The notes under the pieces were generated by a model. That model saw only the letters and a list, made by a program, of their open reading frames with translations. It was not told the origin of the DNA and searched no databases. A program made the position numbers and the translations under genes. From a virus (taxonomy: Duplodnaviria > Heunggongvirae > Uroviricota > Caudoviricetes), in the IMG/VR virus record IMGVR_UViG_3300050026_000241: a stretch of 64,000 nucleotides of DNA; one strand, 5' to 3'. Each line of letters opens with the position of its first letter. Within the stretch, counting starts at the first letter, position 1. Positions 18,396-26,387 of the stretch are shown in pieces.

Positions 18396-18431
18396 GTGGG
18401 GAACAACTAAGTGGGGGCCAAGGATTTTCAC

Positions 18432-18459
18432 TTGACTTCTACGAAAAAGGTGGTATGAT
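18432..18459 (+). promoter_or_regulatory. sigma70-like promoter cassette
   Basis: TTGACT-N16-TGgTATGAT; ATG 18466 leaderless. Confidence 0.6.
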
Positions 18460-18465
18460 TGAGAT

Positions 18466-18711
18466 ATGAAGACTGTCACCTTAACCGAAGCCGAAGCCAG
18501 ACGTGTTTACGAGCTTCTCGGCGGCTCGTGTCCGTTGGACCCGCTTGAGCAACGTATGGCCGACAAAATAGCCAGAGTGTTACTGTGCGTAACGCCGTAC
18601 CCAAAGCGGCCGGCAGCGCGTCGGGCATATCCAGGCGACCCGATACGTGGCGACCCGATACGTGGCAACCTCACCGACAAAGTAACGGAGTCATTACATG
18701 GCATCAACTGA
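18466..18711 (+). CDS. hypothetical protein, paralog pair member 1
   Basis: cassette promoter, leaderless; LTEAEARRVYELL...MADKIAR; GDPIRGDPIRG from 15-nt tandem repeat. Confidence 0.45.
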   Translation: MKTVTLTEAEARRVYELLGGSCPLDPLEQRMADKIARVLLCVTPYPKRPAARRAYPGDPIRGDPIRGNLTDKVTESLHGIN

Positions 18712-18874
18712 CATCGACGGCTCGACCATCGTGATACTGTCCGAGGCGGAAGCCGTGCGGGTGTACGAACACTTATGCAACATTTCCGCCAACTGGACGT
18801 TCGACAAACTGGACCACCAGATTGCCGACAAACTCTCCCGCGACCTTAACCTTCCACCACTTGGCCAGGATTGA
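18698..18874 (+). CDS. hypothetical protein, paralog pair member 2
   Basis: LSEAEAVRVYEHL...IADKLSR; 58 aa, not in track; approximate. Confidence 0.35.
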   Translation: MASTDIDGSTIVILSEAEAVRVYEHLCNISANWTFDKLDHQIADKLSRDLNLPPLGQD

Positions 18875-18877
18875 ATC

Positions 18878-19147
18878 ATGCAGATCGTAAGATTGTCCGA
18901 ACGCAACCTATTGTCCCTTCTTCACAAGATGGTCATGCCGGGCAGCGCCCGCGAGATCATCAAGTGGAGCGAAGATCAGCCGGGCGTGCCGTCCGAGCAA
19001 GTCGCCATCCGTGTCGCCACCGACGACGAAGTGTACGGCGCTCGCCGGCCCGGCGAAATGCACCCTGAGACGGAAAGTTTCATTGCCTACCTGCGTGTGC
19101 AAGTCGCCAGAATCACCGCCGAAATGTACCCGAGTGAGCAGCAATGA
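18878..19147 (+). CDS. hypothetical protein
   Basis: 89-aa ORF. Confidence 0.45.
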   Translation: MQIVRLSERNLLSLLHKMVMPGSAREIIKWSEDQPGVPSEQVAIRVATDDEVYGARRPGEMHPETESFIAYLRVQVARITAEMYPSEQQ

Positions 19148-19248
19148 GTTGGGACCAGTGGTTCAATCTTGGTTTCAGCATCTTCCTGATCGCCGTGTTC
19201 CTGTACGGCGATTACTTGAACCGGCGTTGGTATAAGAAGCATCCCTAA
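19144..19248 (+). CDS. very small TM protein
   Basis: 34 aa; ATGA overlap; approximate. Confidence 0.25.
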   Translation: MSWDQWFNLGFSIFLIAVFLYGDYLNRRWYKKHP

Positions 19249-19267
19249 CCCACAGGCAACAGTAATC

Positions 19268-19804
19268 ATGGATACGTATTTTCGTGCTTCCAGCGTTCAA
19301 CCCGAGCTTCTTCCTCTTGACAAAGAGTATGGCGACTTGTTGGAGGGTATTGACGACAATGCTGCAAGCACCGGCGTCGATGCAGACTACGCGAGGCATC
19401 CTTACAGACCTGATGGCACACAGTGGTCCGAAACCGTCGCAAAATACCTTGGTTTCACGATAATGGAATCATTGGCCACCTGTTTCGACGGCTCTGGCTG
19501 TGTCATTCTTAGTCGGTGTGAAAAGTCCATCTTCGTTCCTGAGACACACCCGGCAAGACGTTTCAAGTTCCTGTCGGTTCTATCTATCAGCTACGAGGAA
19601 GACATTATCGTAGCAATACGCGACGAGGCCGCTCTGCTTCAATACTATCGGCTGATAGAGTCGTTCCTTCGTCTCACGACGGACAATAGTTTCCAAGACA
19701 CCACCCGAGGTCCGAGCAAAGGTGGCTGGGACCAGGGCAGGAATTGGAAAGCTATTGCCGATAGCCGCAAAGCCTACTTTGACGCCCACCCAGATCAGAA
19801 GTAA
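19268..19804 (+). CDS. hypothetical protein
   Basis: 178-aa ORF. Confidence 0.5.
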   Translation: MDTYFRASSVQPELLPLDKEYGDLLEGIDDNAASTGVDADYARHPYRPDGTQWSETVAKYLGFTIMESLATCFDGSGCVILSRCEKSIFVPETHPARRFKFLSVLSISYEEDIIVAIRDEAALLQYYRLIESFLRLTTDNSFQDTTRGPSKGGWDQGRNWKAIADSRKAYFDAHPDQK

Positions 19805-19819
19805 CCAAAGGAAGTAACC

Positions 19820-20005
19820 ATGAGACCTTTCCTTGAGACTTTCGGCTACGGTGCCATAATCATCCTTCTGCTACTCGGTATGCAAGGTGGCGGGCAGACT
19901 GTGGGTCAATTCATCGTGTCGATGGGTTGCCTCTTCCTATTTGGGGCTGTAGCCCGGTTCCTGGTTGAACTCGGCAAGGACTTCTACCGTTTGTTGAAGG
20001 GGTAA
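19820..20005 (+). CDS. small membrane protein
   Basis: two hydrophobic segments. Confidence 0.4.
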   Translation: MRPFLETFGYGAIIILLLLGMQGGGQTVGQFIVSMGCLFLFGAVARFLVELGKDFYRLLKG

Positions 20006-20006
20006 C

Positions 20007-20144
20007 ATGCGTCGGTTTCAAGAGGTTTGTGTCTGGACGATGTTCACCATCGGCCTCGCACTGTTGTCAATTCGCCTTTGGCCGGTCGTCCTGGTAGGGC
20101 TTCTGGCCTACGGCATTGTTAGCTGCAAACTGTGGAGAAAGTGA
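20007..20144 (+). CDS. small membrane protein
   Basis: 45 aa, hydrophobic; approximate. Confidence 0.3.
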   Translation: MRRFQEVCVWTMFTIGLALLSIRLWPVVLVGLLAYGIVSCKLWRK

Positions 20145-20257
20145 TGGACGCCGCCTACTACATTCATCACTTTCTCGTCGGCTTCCTCTCCCTTGTCGTC
20201 GTAACCGAGAAGATTTGTTACGCCGTCGAAACCTACATTAAGGACAACTATCCATGA
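20145..20257 (+). CDS. small membrane protein
   Basis: 37 aa; ATGA overlaps both sides; approximate. Confidence 0.3.
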
Positions 20258-20703
20258 GTGACACTGTGAACGAACTCTTCAACATCGCGCCGATGGACTT
20301 TGAGCCGGGCCTAATGGAAATCACTGTACCGGGCCGCGAGCCTTTCATAAGGAAAATTCTTGGCGGTGGCGGTGACGGCGTGTTTCCCATGCGATACGCG
20401 CAGCACTTGATCGCCCTCGAATTCGGCGTCAAGGACGAGGAAGTGGGATTCAATCTGCCAGTATACGACAACGAGGAAGATGCCGCAATTTGCAGCTTTA
20501 TTCAAGACGTAGTGTACGGCGTCTGGCAGTTTGGCAACCCCGGCGACTGGTGCCGGGCCGACATCGACGACCCACCGGCCGACTACAATCTGATCGACAC
20601 GCCGCCCGTTTTGGTGTGGTCCACTGTGGAGGCCGCACAGGGCTTCATTGATGCCGCCGAAGCGTGGGCACCCCGCGAGATTCGTCCTTACACGAAGTCG
20701 TAA
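20254..20703 (+). CDS. hypothetical acidic protein
   Basis: 149-aa ORF. Confidence 0.5.
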   Translation: MSDTVNELFNIAPMDFEPGLMEITVPGREPFIRKILGGGGDGVFPMRYAQHLIALEFGVKDEEVGFNLPVYDNEEDAAICSFIQDVVYGVWQFGNPGDWCRADIDDPPADYNLIDTPPVLVWSTVEAAQGFIDAAEAWAPREIRPYTKS

Positions 20704-20758
20704 TCATGGGCTGGTGCGGTGGTGGAGAACTTGCCGCAAAACGCAAGAGGAAATAACT

Positions 20759-21376
20759 ATGATAAATGAAGTGCCTGACGCGCTGTTTCCAACAGATGGA
20801 AATGAGTGGGATATTCCTTCACTTTATCTGCCATTGCAGGCGGATTTTGTCGATTTGCCTGTGCGTGGCTGGGGTTCCATCAAACGGAAAACCACCATGC
20901 GCGGGACTTGGCACTTCTACGTGGACGATTATAAGTTCTCGGCCATTTGGAAAACACCTGATGTGATTATTAAGACAGCAGCCGTGTCAGTCGTGGAAGT
21001 CAACTTTACCACGGAAGACCTGATGCCAAGGGCGGTCGGCCTCTACCGCACGATGCAAAAGCGATGGCTGGCCCGGTACTGGCAGAGTCAAGGACTGCGT
21101 GTGTTCGTAGACCTTAACGTCGCCAAAAAGTTCGACGAAATCAACCTGTTGGGCGTGCCGAAGGGCTGGAAGTCATTTGCCACCAGCGGGGCTGACTACG
21201 CTATCGACCGACTGGAAACTCAGTGGGCGATAGCAAATAACGTCGCCAACGGTAATGGTCCGATCATTTTCCTCGTCTACGGCGGCGGCTTGAAAGTCGC
21301 CAAGATATGCGCCGAGCGCGGCTGGGTATTCATACCCGACGCTCGCAATGCAGCAAGGGAGGCACCTGATGCCTAA
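20759..21376 (+). CDS. hypothetical protein
   Basis: ATG inside track ORF 20648..21376. Confidence 0.5.
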   Translation: MINEVPDALFPTDGNEWDIPSLYLPLQADFVDLPVRGWGSIKRKTTMRGTWHFYVDDYKFSAIWKTPDVIIKTAAVSVVEVNFTTEDLMPRAVGLYRTMQKRWLARYWQSQGLRVFVDLNVAKKFDEINLLGVPKGWKSFATSGADYAIDRLETQWAIANNVANGNGPIIFLVYGGGLKVAKICAERGWVFIPDARNAAREAPDA

Positions 21377-21941
21377 AGAGGGCGGCGGTGGCCGTAGTTC
21401 GGGCGGCGGTGGCCGCAAGGGCCGTGACCGATTCAGTGGCGGTGGTGGCGGCCCAATGTCGCCACAGGATGCCGAGAAGCTGATGCAGCAGCTTGGCGTT
21501 CATGCGGTCAACCTTGCTATGATGAAAGCAGACGGTACGCTGGGTGAGGTTGGTGCGATGATGCCCCCTGGCACAAAGCTGCTGGGGCAAGGGGCCGAGG
21601 CCGTGGCCTTTCGTCTGCCGGACGGCACGGTTTTACGAGTGCAGAACATGGTGCCAGTGGCCAGGCCCAACATCGGCGTAATGACGCAGCCGATGTCAGT
21701 GACAAAGATCGGTAACACGACAGTCGAGCGTCTGCCATACGTACAACCGGCGAGCAGCATGTCAAATGCGATGCAGGCAGAGGGTAAGAGTTACCTTGAA
21801 TCACACATGCCTGCTAGCTACTACGGCGAGGATTTGCACGCCGGTAACTACGGTAAAACAAGCGGCGGACAGTGGCAAGCCTTCGATCCGGGTGCTATCC
21901 AGCCCAAGGTTCCTGGCTTTACTTATTGGCAAACACAATGA
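21369..21941 (+). CDS. hypothetical protein with Gly/Arg-rich N-terminus
   Basis: GGGGRSSGGGGRKGRDRFSGGGGG. Confidence 0.5.
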   Translation: MPKEGGGGRSSGGGGRKGRDRFSGGGGGPMSPQDAEKLMQQLGVHAVNLAMMKADGTLGEVGAMMPPGTKLLGQGAEAVAFRLPDGTVLRVQNMVPVARPNIGVMTQPMSVTKIGNTTVERLPYVQPASSMSNAMQAEGKSYLESHMPASYYGEDLHAGNYGKTSGGQWQAFDPGAIQPKVPGFTYWQTQ

Positions 21942-22096
21942 ATAACCGAGACGAGCAGCGCAAAGAACTTGAGAAGCTAGGTGTTAGTAATTTTCCGAGA
22001 GATCGTTCAAATCGGCGTCGAACTTCTCTGCCGTGAAGGTGCGCCGCCGCGCGAATATAGGAGAACAGTCACTAACATGCGCGACGGTAAACCCGC

Positions 22097-22501
22097 ATGA
22101 AACTATTTTTCATCAAGCGAACGGATACGGGTCAATATCTTGAGTGGCAACGCATCGTGCCGCGATGGACCACGCGCGAAAACGCCACCATCCATCGCAG
22201 TCACGCTTTTGCCGCCGACACGGCCGACACAATCTCGTCAAACGACAACATTCCTGTCAAGGTTGAAACCTACGACCTTGACGCCGGGCAGGAAGCCTTA
22301 CAGATTCTCGCAACTCTGGAGAACATTCAACACCTTGGCGATTACGTCTACGACATACGAGAGCGGGAGGGGCTAGGCTGGGACGGCCCGAAGGTCGCGG
22401 CCTGGGGTGGTGCGAGTGCGCGAGCCGAACAACTGGTAAGACCGTTGATAGCCAAGACGATGCTTGCGGAGGCAGACGATGAAACACTACTTGATTCGTG
22501 A
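22097..22501 (+). CDS. hypothetical protein
   Basis: 134-aa ORF. Confidence 0.5.
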   Translation: MKLFFIKRTDTGQYLEWQRIVPRWTTRENATIHRSHAFAADTADTISSNDNIPVKVETYDLDAGQEALQILATLENIQHLGDYVYDIREREGLGWDGPKVAAWGGASARAEQLVRPLIAKTMLAEADDETLLDS

Positions 22502-22736
22502 CAATTACGTCGGCCTGTGCCTACAGGTCAACGGCTGGGGCAAAGACGCCCTGATATTTTCCGACCACGGTGCCGCCGTCCAAGCGTTGGCCGACGCCCG
22601 AGATTCTGACTACTATCGTCGGCAACACGCCGACGCTATCCAACTTGTACCACTGCCGGAGAAAGAAAATGTGCGACAACGTACCTTCCACCCCCGAAAC
22701 ATCGGACTCCCCCGACGCCCCACCGGCCACACCTAA
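22479..22736 (+). CDS. hypothetical protein
   Basis: overlaps next gene by ~67 nt; end uncertain. Confidence 0.3.
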   Translation: MKHYLIRDNYVGLCLQVNGWGKDALIFSDHGAAVQALADARDSDYYRRQHADAIQLVPLPEKENVRQRTFHPRNIGLPRRPTGHT

Positions 22737-22998
22737 GCAGCCGGTCTTGCAAAAGCTGATCGCCTACGGCACCGGTGCGCTGGCCCTGGCCCTGGTCGCC
22801 GCCTCAACCGGGTCGGCAATCACTTACGCCATCATGCACGGTCAAGACACCTTATCTCAGCTTGGCATGTCCGTGCTGAATGGCATAGGAATTGCTGTTG
22901 GCGGCTGTTTGGGAAGTGCTTTGGTGCTTCGCTTCAAGGCGGCCCGGCGTTTCGTGAATGGCGTCGTCCGCGACGTTCACGACCACCATTTCAAATAA
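22669..22998 (+). CDS. membrane protein
   Basis: GGAGAAAGAAAATG RBS; TM stretches. Confidence 0.45.
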   Translation: MCDNVPSTPETSDSPDAPPATPKQPVLQKLIAYGTGALALALVAASTGSAITYAIMHGQDTLSQLGMSVLNGIGIAVGGCLGSALVLRFKAARRFVNGVVRDVHDHHFK

Positions 22999-23028
22999 TT
23001 TTCTGACCGCGCGCACAACCAACTTCCG

Positions 23029-23047
23029 TTTTACGACTCTCTATGTG
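23029..23047 (+). promoter_or_regulatory. T7-like single-subunit RNAP promoter candidate
   Basis: TTTTACGACTCTCTATGTGGAGG; ATG 23063 16 nt downstream; shares ~40-nt upstream context with 17936 copy. Confidence 0.45.
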
Positions 23048-23062
23048 GAGGAAAGTTGCGAA

Positions 23063-23329
23063 ATGAGAGAGACCGAACTACTGAATGCCCTGGCACTTAG
23101 CAAGCCCGGCATCGAGATTCGCATGTGCAAAGGGCACAAAGTCTCGGTGCGGATGCGCGGCGAGCCCTTAGTGTGCGGCATCGGCACGACGCTTATGGAA
23201 GCCGCCATTGACTGTGCCCACTGGGTTTTCGACGTGTGTGCTGACCGCCCCGAGTTGGAAGAAAAGATTCCCGAAGTCCTGGCCGCTTTGTGTGCCTATG
23301 ACGAACATTCACAGGGTTTACAACTATGA
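23063..23329 (+). CDS. hypothetical protein
   Basis: ATG 16 nt after T7-like promoter motif ending ~23047. Confidence 0.45.
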   Translation: MRETELLNALALSKPGIEIRMCKGHKVSVRMRGEPLVCGIGTTLMEAAIDCAHWVFDVCADRPELEEKIPEVLAALCAYDEHSQGLQL

Positions 23330-23430
23330 ACGCCACCGACCGGTTGTTGGCACTTTTGGCTTTTGGCGTGCTGATGGGCTTTGCGCTTTGCACGGCCACC
23401 GCCATGCTCATTGCACTGTTCACCCGATAA
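23326..23430 (+). CDS. very small TM protein
   Basis: 34 aa; approximate. Confidence 0.25.
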   Translation: MNATDRLLALLAFGVLMGFALCTATAMLIALFTR

Positions 23431-23447
23431 CCCATACGACACGAACT

Positions 23448-24194
23448 ATGAATGACAGCATTGGCGACCGATTCAAGAACAATTATGAGGCCCCCGCGCG
23501 TCACCTACTGACCCGCAGGACGCCCGTAATCGTGCGCATTGACGGTCGTGCCTTCCACACCTTCACCCGCGACTTCCTCAAGCCGTTCGACCGTGAGTTA
23601 ATCAACATGATGGTGTTGTCGGCCATGCACGTCTTTGGCGAAATGCAGGGCTGCAAGATAGCTTACGTCCAGTCGGACGAGGCCAGCTTCGTGTTGACCG
23701 ACTACGACACTTTCGACACGCAGCCTTGGTTCGGCTACGTCAAAAGCAAGGTGGAAAGTGTCGCGGCGTCCTGCATGACGGCTGCGTTCGCACGTTGCCA
23801 GCATCTTGCGGGTGGGCGGTACGCCGACTCACTGGCGACATTTGACGCCCGTGCCTTCAACATCCCCAGGAATGAGGTAGTAAACTACTTCGTGTGGCGG
23901 GCGAAGGACTGGGCGCGCAACAGCTTGTCGATGTACTGCCAGTCGATCTTCTCTCACCGCGAGTTGCAGGGCAGGAACTCCAAGGCCATGCACGAAATGC
24001 TGTTTGCGAAAGGCCGTAACTGGACACGCGACCTTTGCAACGCCGAGAAGAATGGGACGTTCTTGATTGCCCCGAAAGAGGCCGTGGCCGCGAATTCCGA
24101 CATCGAACCAAGATACGGCGACATTGATGCCGTATGGGAAGCCGTTCGACCAAAAGAGGCCGTCACTACCGCAATCGAAATCGTAAGCGAATAA
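23448..24194 (+). CDS. Thg1-like protein (tRNA-His guanylyltransferase family, 3'-5' nucleotidyltransferase)
   Basis: N-terminal VIVRIDGRAFHTFT matches Thg1/TLP signature. Confidence 0.65.
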   Translation: MNDSIGDRFKNNYEAPARHLLTRRTPVIVRIDGRAFHTFTRDFLKPFDRELINMMVLSAMHVFGEMQGCKIAYVQSDEASFVLTDYDTFDTQPWFGYVKSKVESVAASCMTAAFARCQHLAGGRYADSLATFDARAFNIPRNEVVNYFVWRAKDWARNSLSMYCQSIFSHRELQGRNSKAMHEMLFAKGRNWTRDLCNAEKNGTFLIAPKEAVAANSDIEPRYGDIDAVWEAVRPKEAVTTAIEIVSE

Positions 24195-24196
24195 CT

Positions 24197-24625
24197 ATGC
24201 CACCGCCCTCCAACATCTGCCCACCACCGCCGCCTGGGACCATACAGCAAGCGGTGGCAGGGCCGCCGCCGAAGCCGCTGCCGCTAGATACGTCTGTGCC
24301 GCCCCCGGCTGCCCCGTCAGATTCGGGGCTATCGCCGGAGTTGGCAGCAGCCCTGGCTGCGGCGTCAGAAGCGGCAGAAGTGTTGGCACCGCCACCACGG
24401 CCGCCTGTGTTGCCTCCGGCCATGCCTGTGCCGGCCACGACCGACATTGAGCCGCCGCCCGTCACGCTTGACGAAATAGTATTCGACTGGGTTGCGGTCA
24501 ACCGTAAACCGGAAGATGTTTTCAGCCGTGAGGCCCTTGTCGCCTGGGCACATGGTAGCGGCTTTTGCACCAAGGAAGAAGTAGTCAAGGCGATTGTGGA
24601 AAACCTTATACCAAAGAAGCTATGA
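24197..24625 (+). CDS. Pro-rich hypothetical protein
   Basis: PEDVFSREALVAWAHGSGF module shared with 24622 gene. Confidence 0.45.
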   Translation: MPPPSNICPPPPPGTIQQAVAGPPPKPLPLDTSVPPPAAPSDSGLSPELAAALAAASEAAEVLAPPPRPPVLPPAMPVPATTDIEPPPVTLDEIVFDWVAVNRKPEDVFSREALVAWAHGSGFCTKEEVVKAIVENLIPKKL

Positions 24626-24879
24626 GCACCAGACAACAACGCAACGATTTCATCAGTTACGTCATTGCCGACGACCTGTTGGATACCGCAATCGAGTGGA
24701 TTAGCCAAAACATGGCACCGGAGGAAATGTTCGACGAGAGCACCCTTACTTCCTGGGCGCACGAGAACGACATGCGCACACGAGACGAGACCGCCGGCCG
24801 GTTTGGGCCGGAAGACGTTTTCGAGCAGCACGTCCTGCGCGATTGGGCAGAGGCTAACGGCTACGTGGAGGAACAATGA
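24622..24879 (+). CDS. hypothetical protein with two PE[DE][VM]F..WA module repeats
   Basis: PEEMFDESTLTSWAHENDM and PEDVFEQHVLRDWAEANGY. Confidence 0.45.
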   Translation: MSTRQQRNDFISYVIADDLLDTAIEWISQNMAPEEMFDESTLTSWAHENDMRTRDETAGRFGPEDVFEQHVLRDWAEANGYVEEQ

Positions 24880-25391
24880 GCGACCCGACAAACGACACGC
24901 CCCAGATCATTGCCCCGGCCGCCCCTCAGATCGTGGTGCCTCAGATCGTAGTGCCTGAATTCGGCATCCGCGAGTTGATCGACCGCTTCATAGGTGAGAC
25001 GTTGCAACTCGGCGGTAAGCCGAACGCCACGGCCGCCAACACGCCCCGCAACCCGAAATTCGAGGCAGCCGCCAGGCTGTACTTGAAGGGCAAGAAGTGC
25101 ATGATTTGCGGCGGTACGTTGAAGTTAATGGCCCACCACAAATACCCCTTTCACCTATTTCCCGAGTTGGAAATGGACGAGACCCACTGGCGGCCGCTGT
25201 GCGAGGGCGACCACCGGTTGAATTGCCACTTGTTGGTTGGACACGGCGGTAATTTTGAAGGCTTCAATCCGCTTGTGGACGAGTTCGCGGGCCTGATTCA
25301 ATTCCTGCTGCGAACCAACAGCGTCTTGCTGTCGGCAATCCGCCAAGAGATCAAGGCCAACGTCGGGCCGCAACCGGCCGCCGCGACATGA
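24876..25391 (+). CDS. HNH endonuclease-family protein
   Basis: CMICGG...AHHKYP...NCH. Confidence 0.55.
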   Translation: MSDPTNDTPQIIAPAAPQIVVPQIVVPEFGIRELIDRFIGETLQLGGKPNATAANTPRNPKFEAAARLYLKGKKCMICGGTLKLMAHHKYPFHLFPELEMDETHWRPLCEGDHRLNCHLLVGHGGNFEGFNPLVDEFAGLIQFLLRTNSVLLSAIRQEIKANVGPQPAAAT

Positions 25392-25588
25392 AAGACCTAC
25401 AGACTGGACAGTCGGGCCGAATCAGTGACATACGCGGTAGGGCCGACTACGTTCATCGTTTAGAAGAGTTCGGACTGCAAGCGGGCACACGAATTGAAAT
25501 GTTCCAATCAGGGAACCCTTGTATCATTCGCACGGCCGGCTGCAAAATCTGTCTTCGTGCTGACGAGCTAATGATAACCGTGGAGTGA
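25388..25588 (+). CDS. FeoA-domain protein
   Basis: 66 aa; LQTGQSGRISDI...RLEEFGLQAGTRIEM...GNPCII pattern of FeoA/SH3-like fold. Confidence 0.5.
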   Translation: MKDLQTGQSGRISDIRGRADYVHRLEEFGLQAGTRIEMFQSGNPCIIRTAGCKICLRADELMITVE

Positions 25589-25590
25589 TT

Positions 25591-25821
25591 ATGGCCGGAG
25601 TAAGTGACGAACCTGATGCCCGAAACCGACACCGCAAGAAGGCGTCGAAACACAAGAAGTACGGCATACAGGAATGGTCAAAATGGTTCAAGAAGTGGGC
25701 CTTTAGTCACTGGTATGAGACAGAAAAGGCCCGAGACCAAGCATTCGTCGTCTTGGAGAAGGCGAATGAGCGTTTGAAAGCATACGACAAGGACAGTCCT
25801 ATTAGAAAGGTAGACAGGTGA
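25591..25821 (+). CDS. basic hypothetical protein
   Basis: ATG inside track ORF 25585..25821. Confidence 0.4.
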   Translation: MAGVSDEPDARNRHRKKASKHKKYGIQEWSKWFKKWAFSHWYETEKARDQAFVVLEKANERLKAYDKDSPIRKVDR

Positions 25822-26387
25822 AAAACCCCGGCGACCAAGTTATACCGAAGTCAATGATACGCACGTTCCAAAGCGACTTTCGCATTCTGGACGAGTGGAC
25901 CATTGAGTATGAGGAAGACGGCGAGGCGTTGGTCGGTCGGTTTTGCACCAACGGGCAGTGTTGCCATAATGTGTCCGATAAGTTAGCATCCATCTACCCT
26001 TGTCCGGCCGACGTACCGATACATAAGTACGTCCGGCACGAAATGATACACATTGCCCTGGCCGCGTTGTTCGGCCCGGACGAGCCTTACGGCGTCCGAC
26101 GCCGGTTGGAGGAAGAGTTCGTCCAAGACGTTTGCGCCTTGACCCAAAGCAATGGAGAAACCATGAGTCCCGAGCGATTCCCCGAAATGACCGCCACACT
26201 GGCCGAAGACCGGCCCGAATACCTCCCACTCCCCGTCTGCGTTTACGGTGAGCGGACAACAATTTCCTGTTGGCGTTTGAGTTTGTGGGAAAGGCTCAAG
26301 CTGCTGTTCACCGGCCGCTTGTGGCTGCTGGTCCTGAACTTCCGGCAGCCGTTACAGCACAACTTGAACGCAACAAACGCAACATAG
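25818..26387 (+). CDS. hypothetical protein with HExxH motif
   Basis: RHEMIHIALAALFG; GTG start (alt ATG 25854). Confidence 0.4.
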   Translation: MKNPGDQVIPKSMIRTFQSDFRILDEWTIEYEEDGEALVGRFCTNGQCCHNVSDKLASIYPCPADVPIHKYVRHEMIHIALAALFGPDEPYGVRRRLEEEFVQDVCALTQSNGETMSPERFPEMTATLAEDRPEYLPLPVCVYGERTTISCWRLSLWERLKLLFTGRLWLLVLNFRQPLQHNLNATNAT

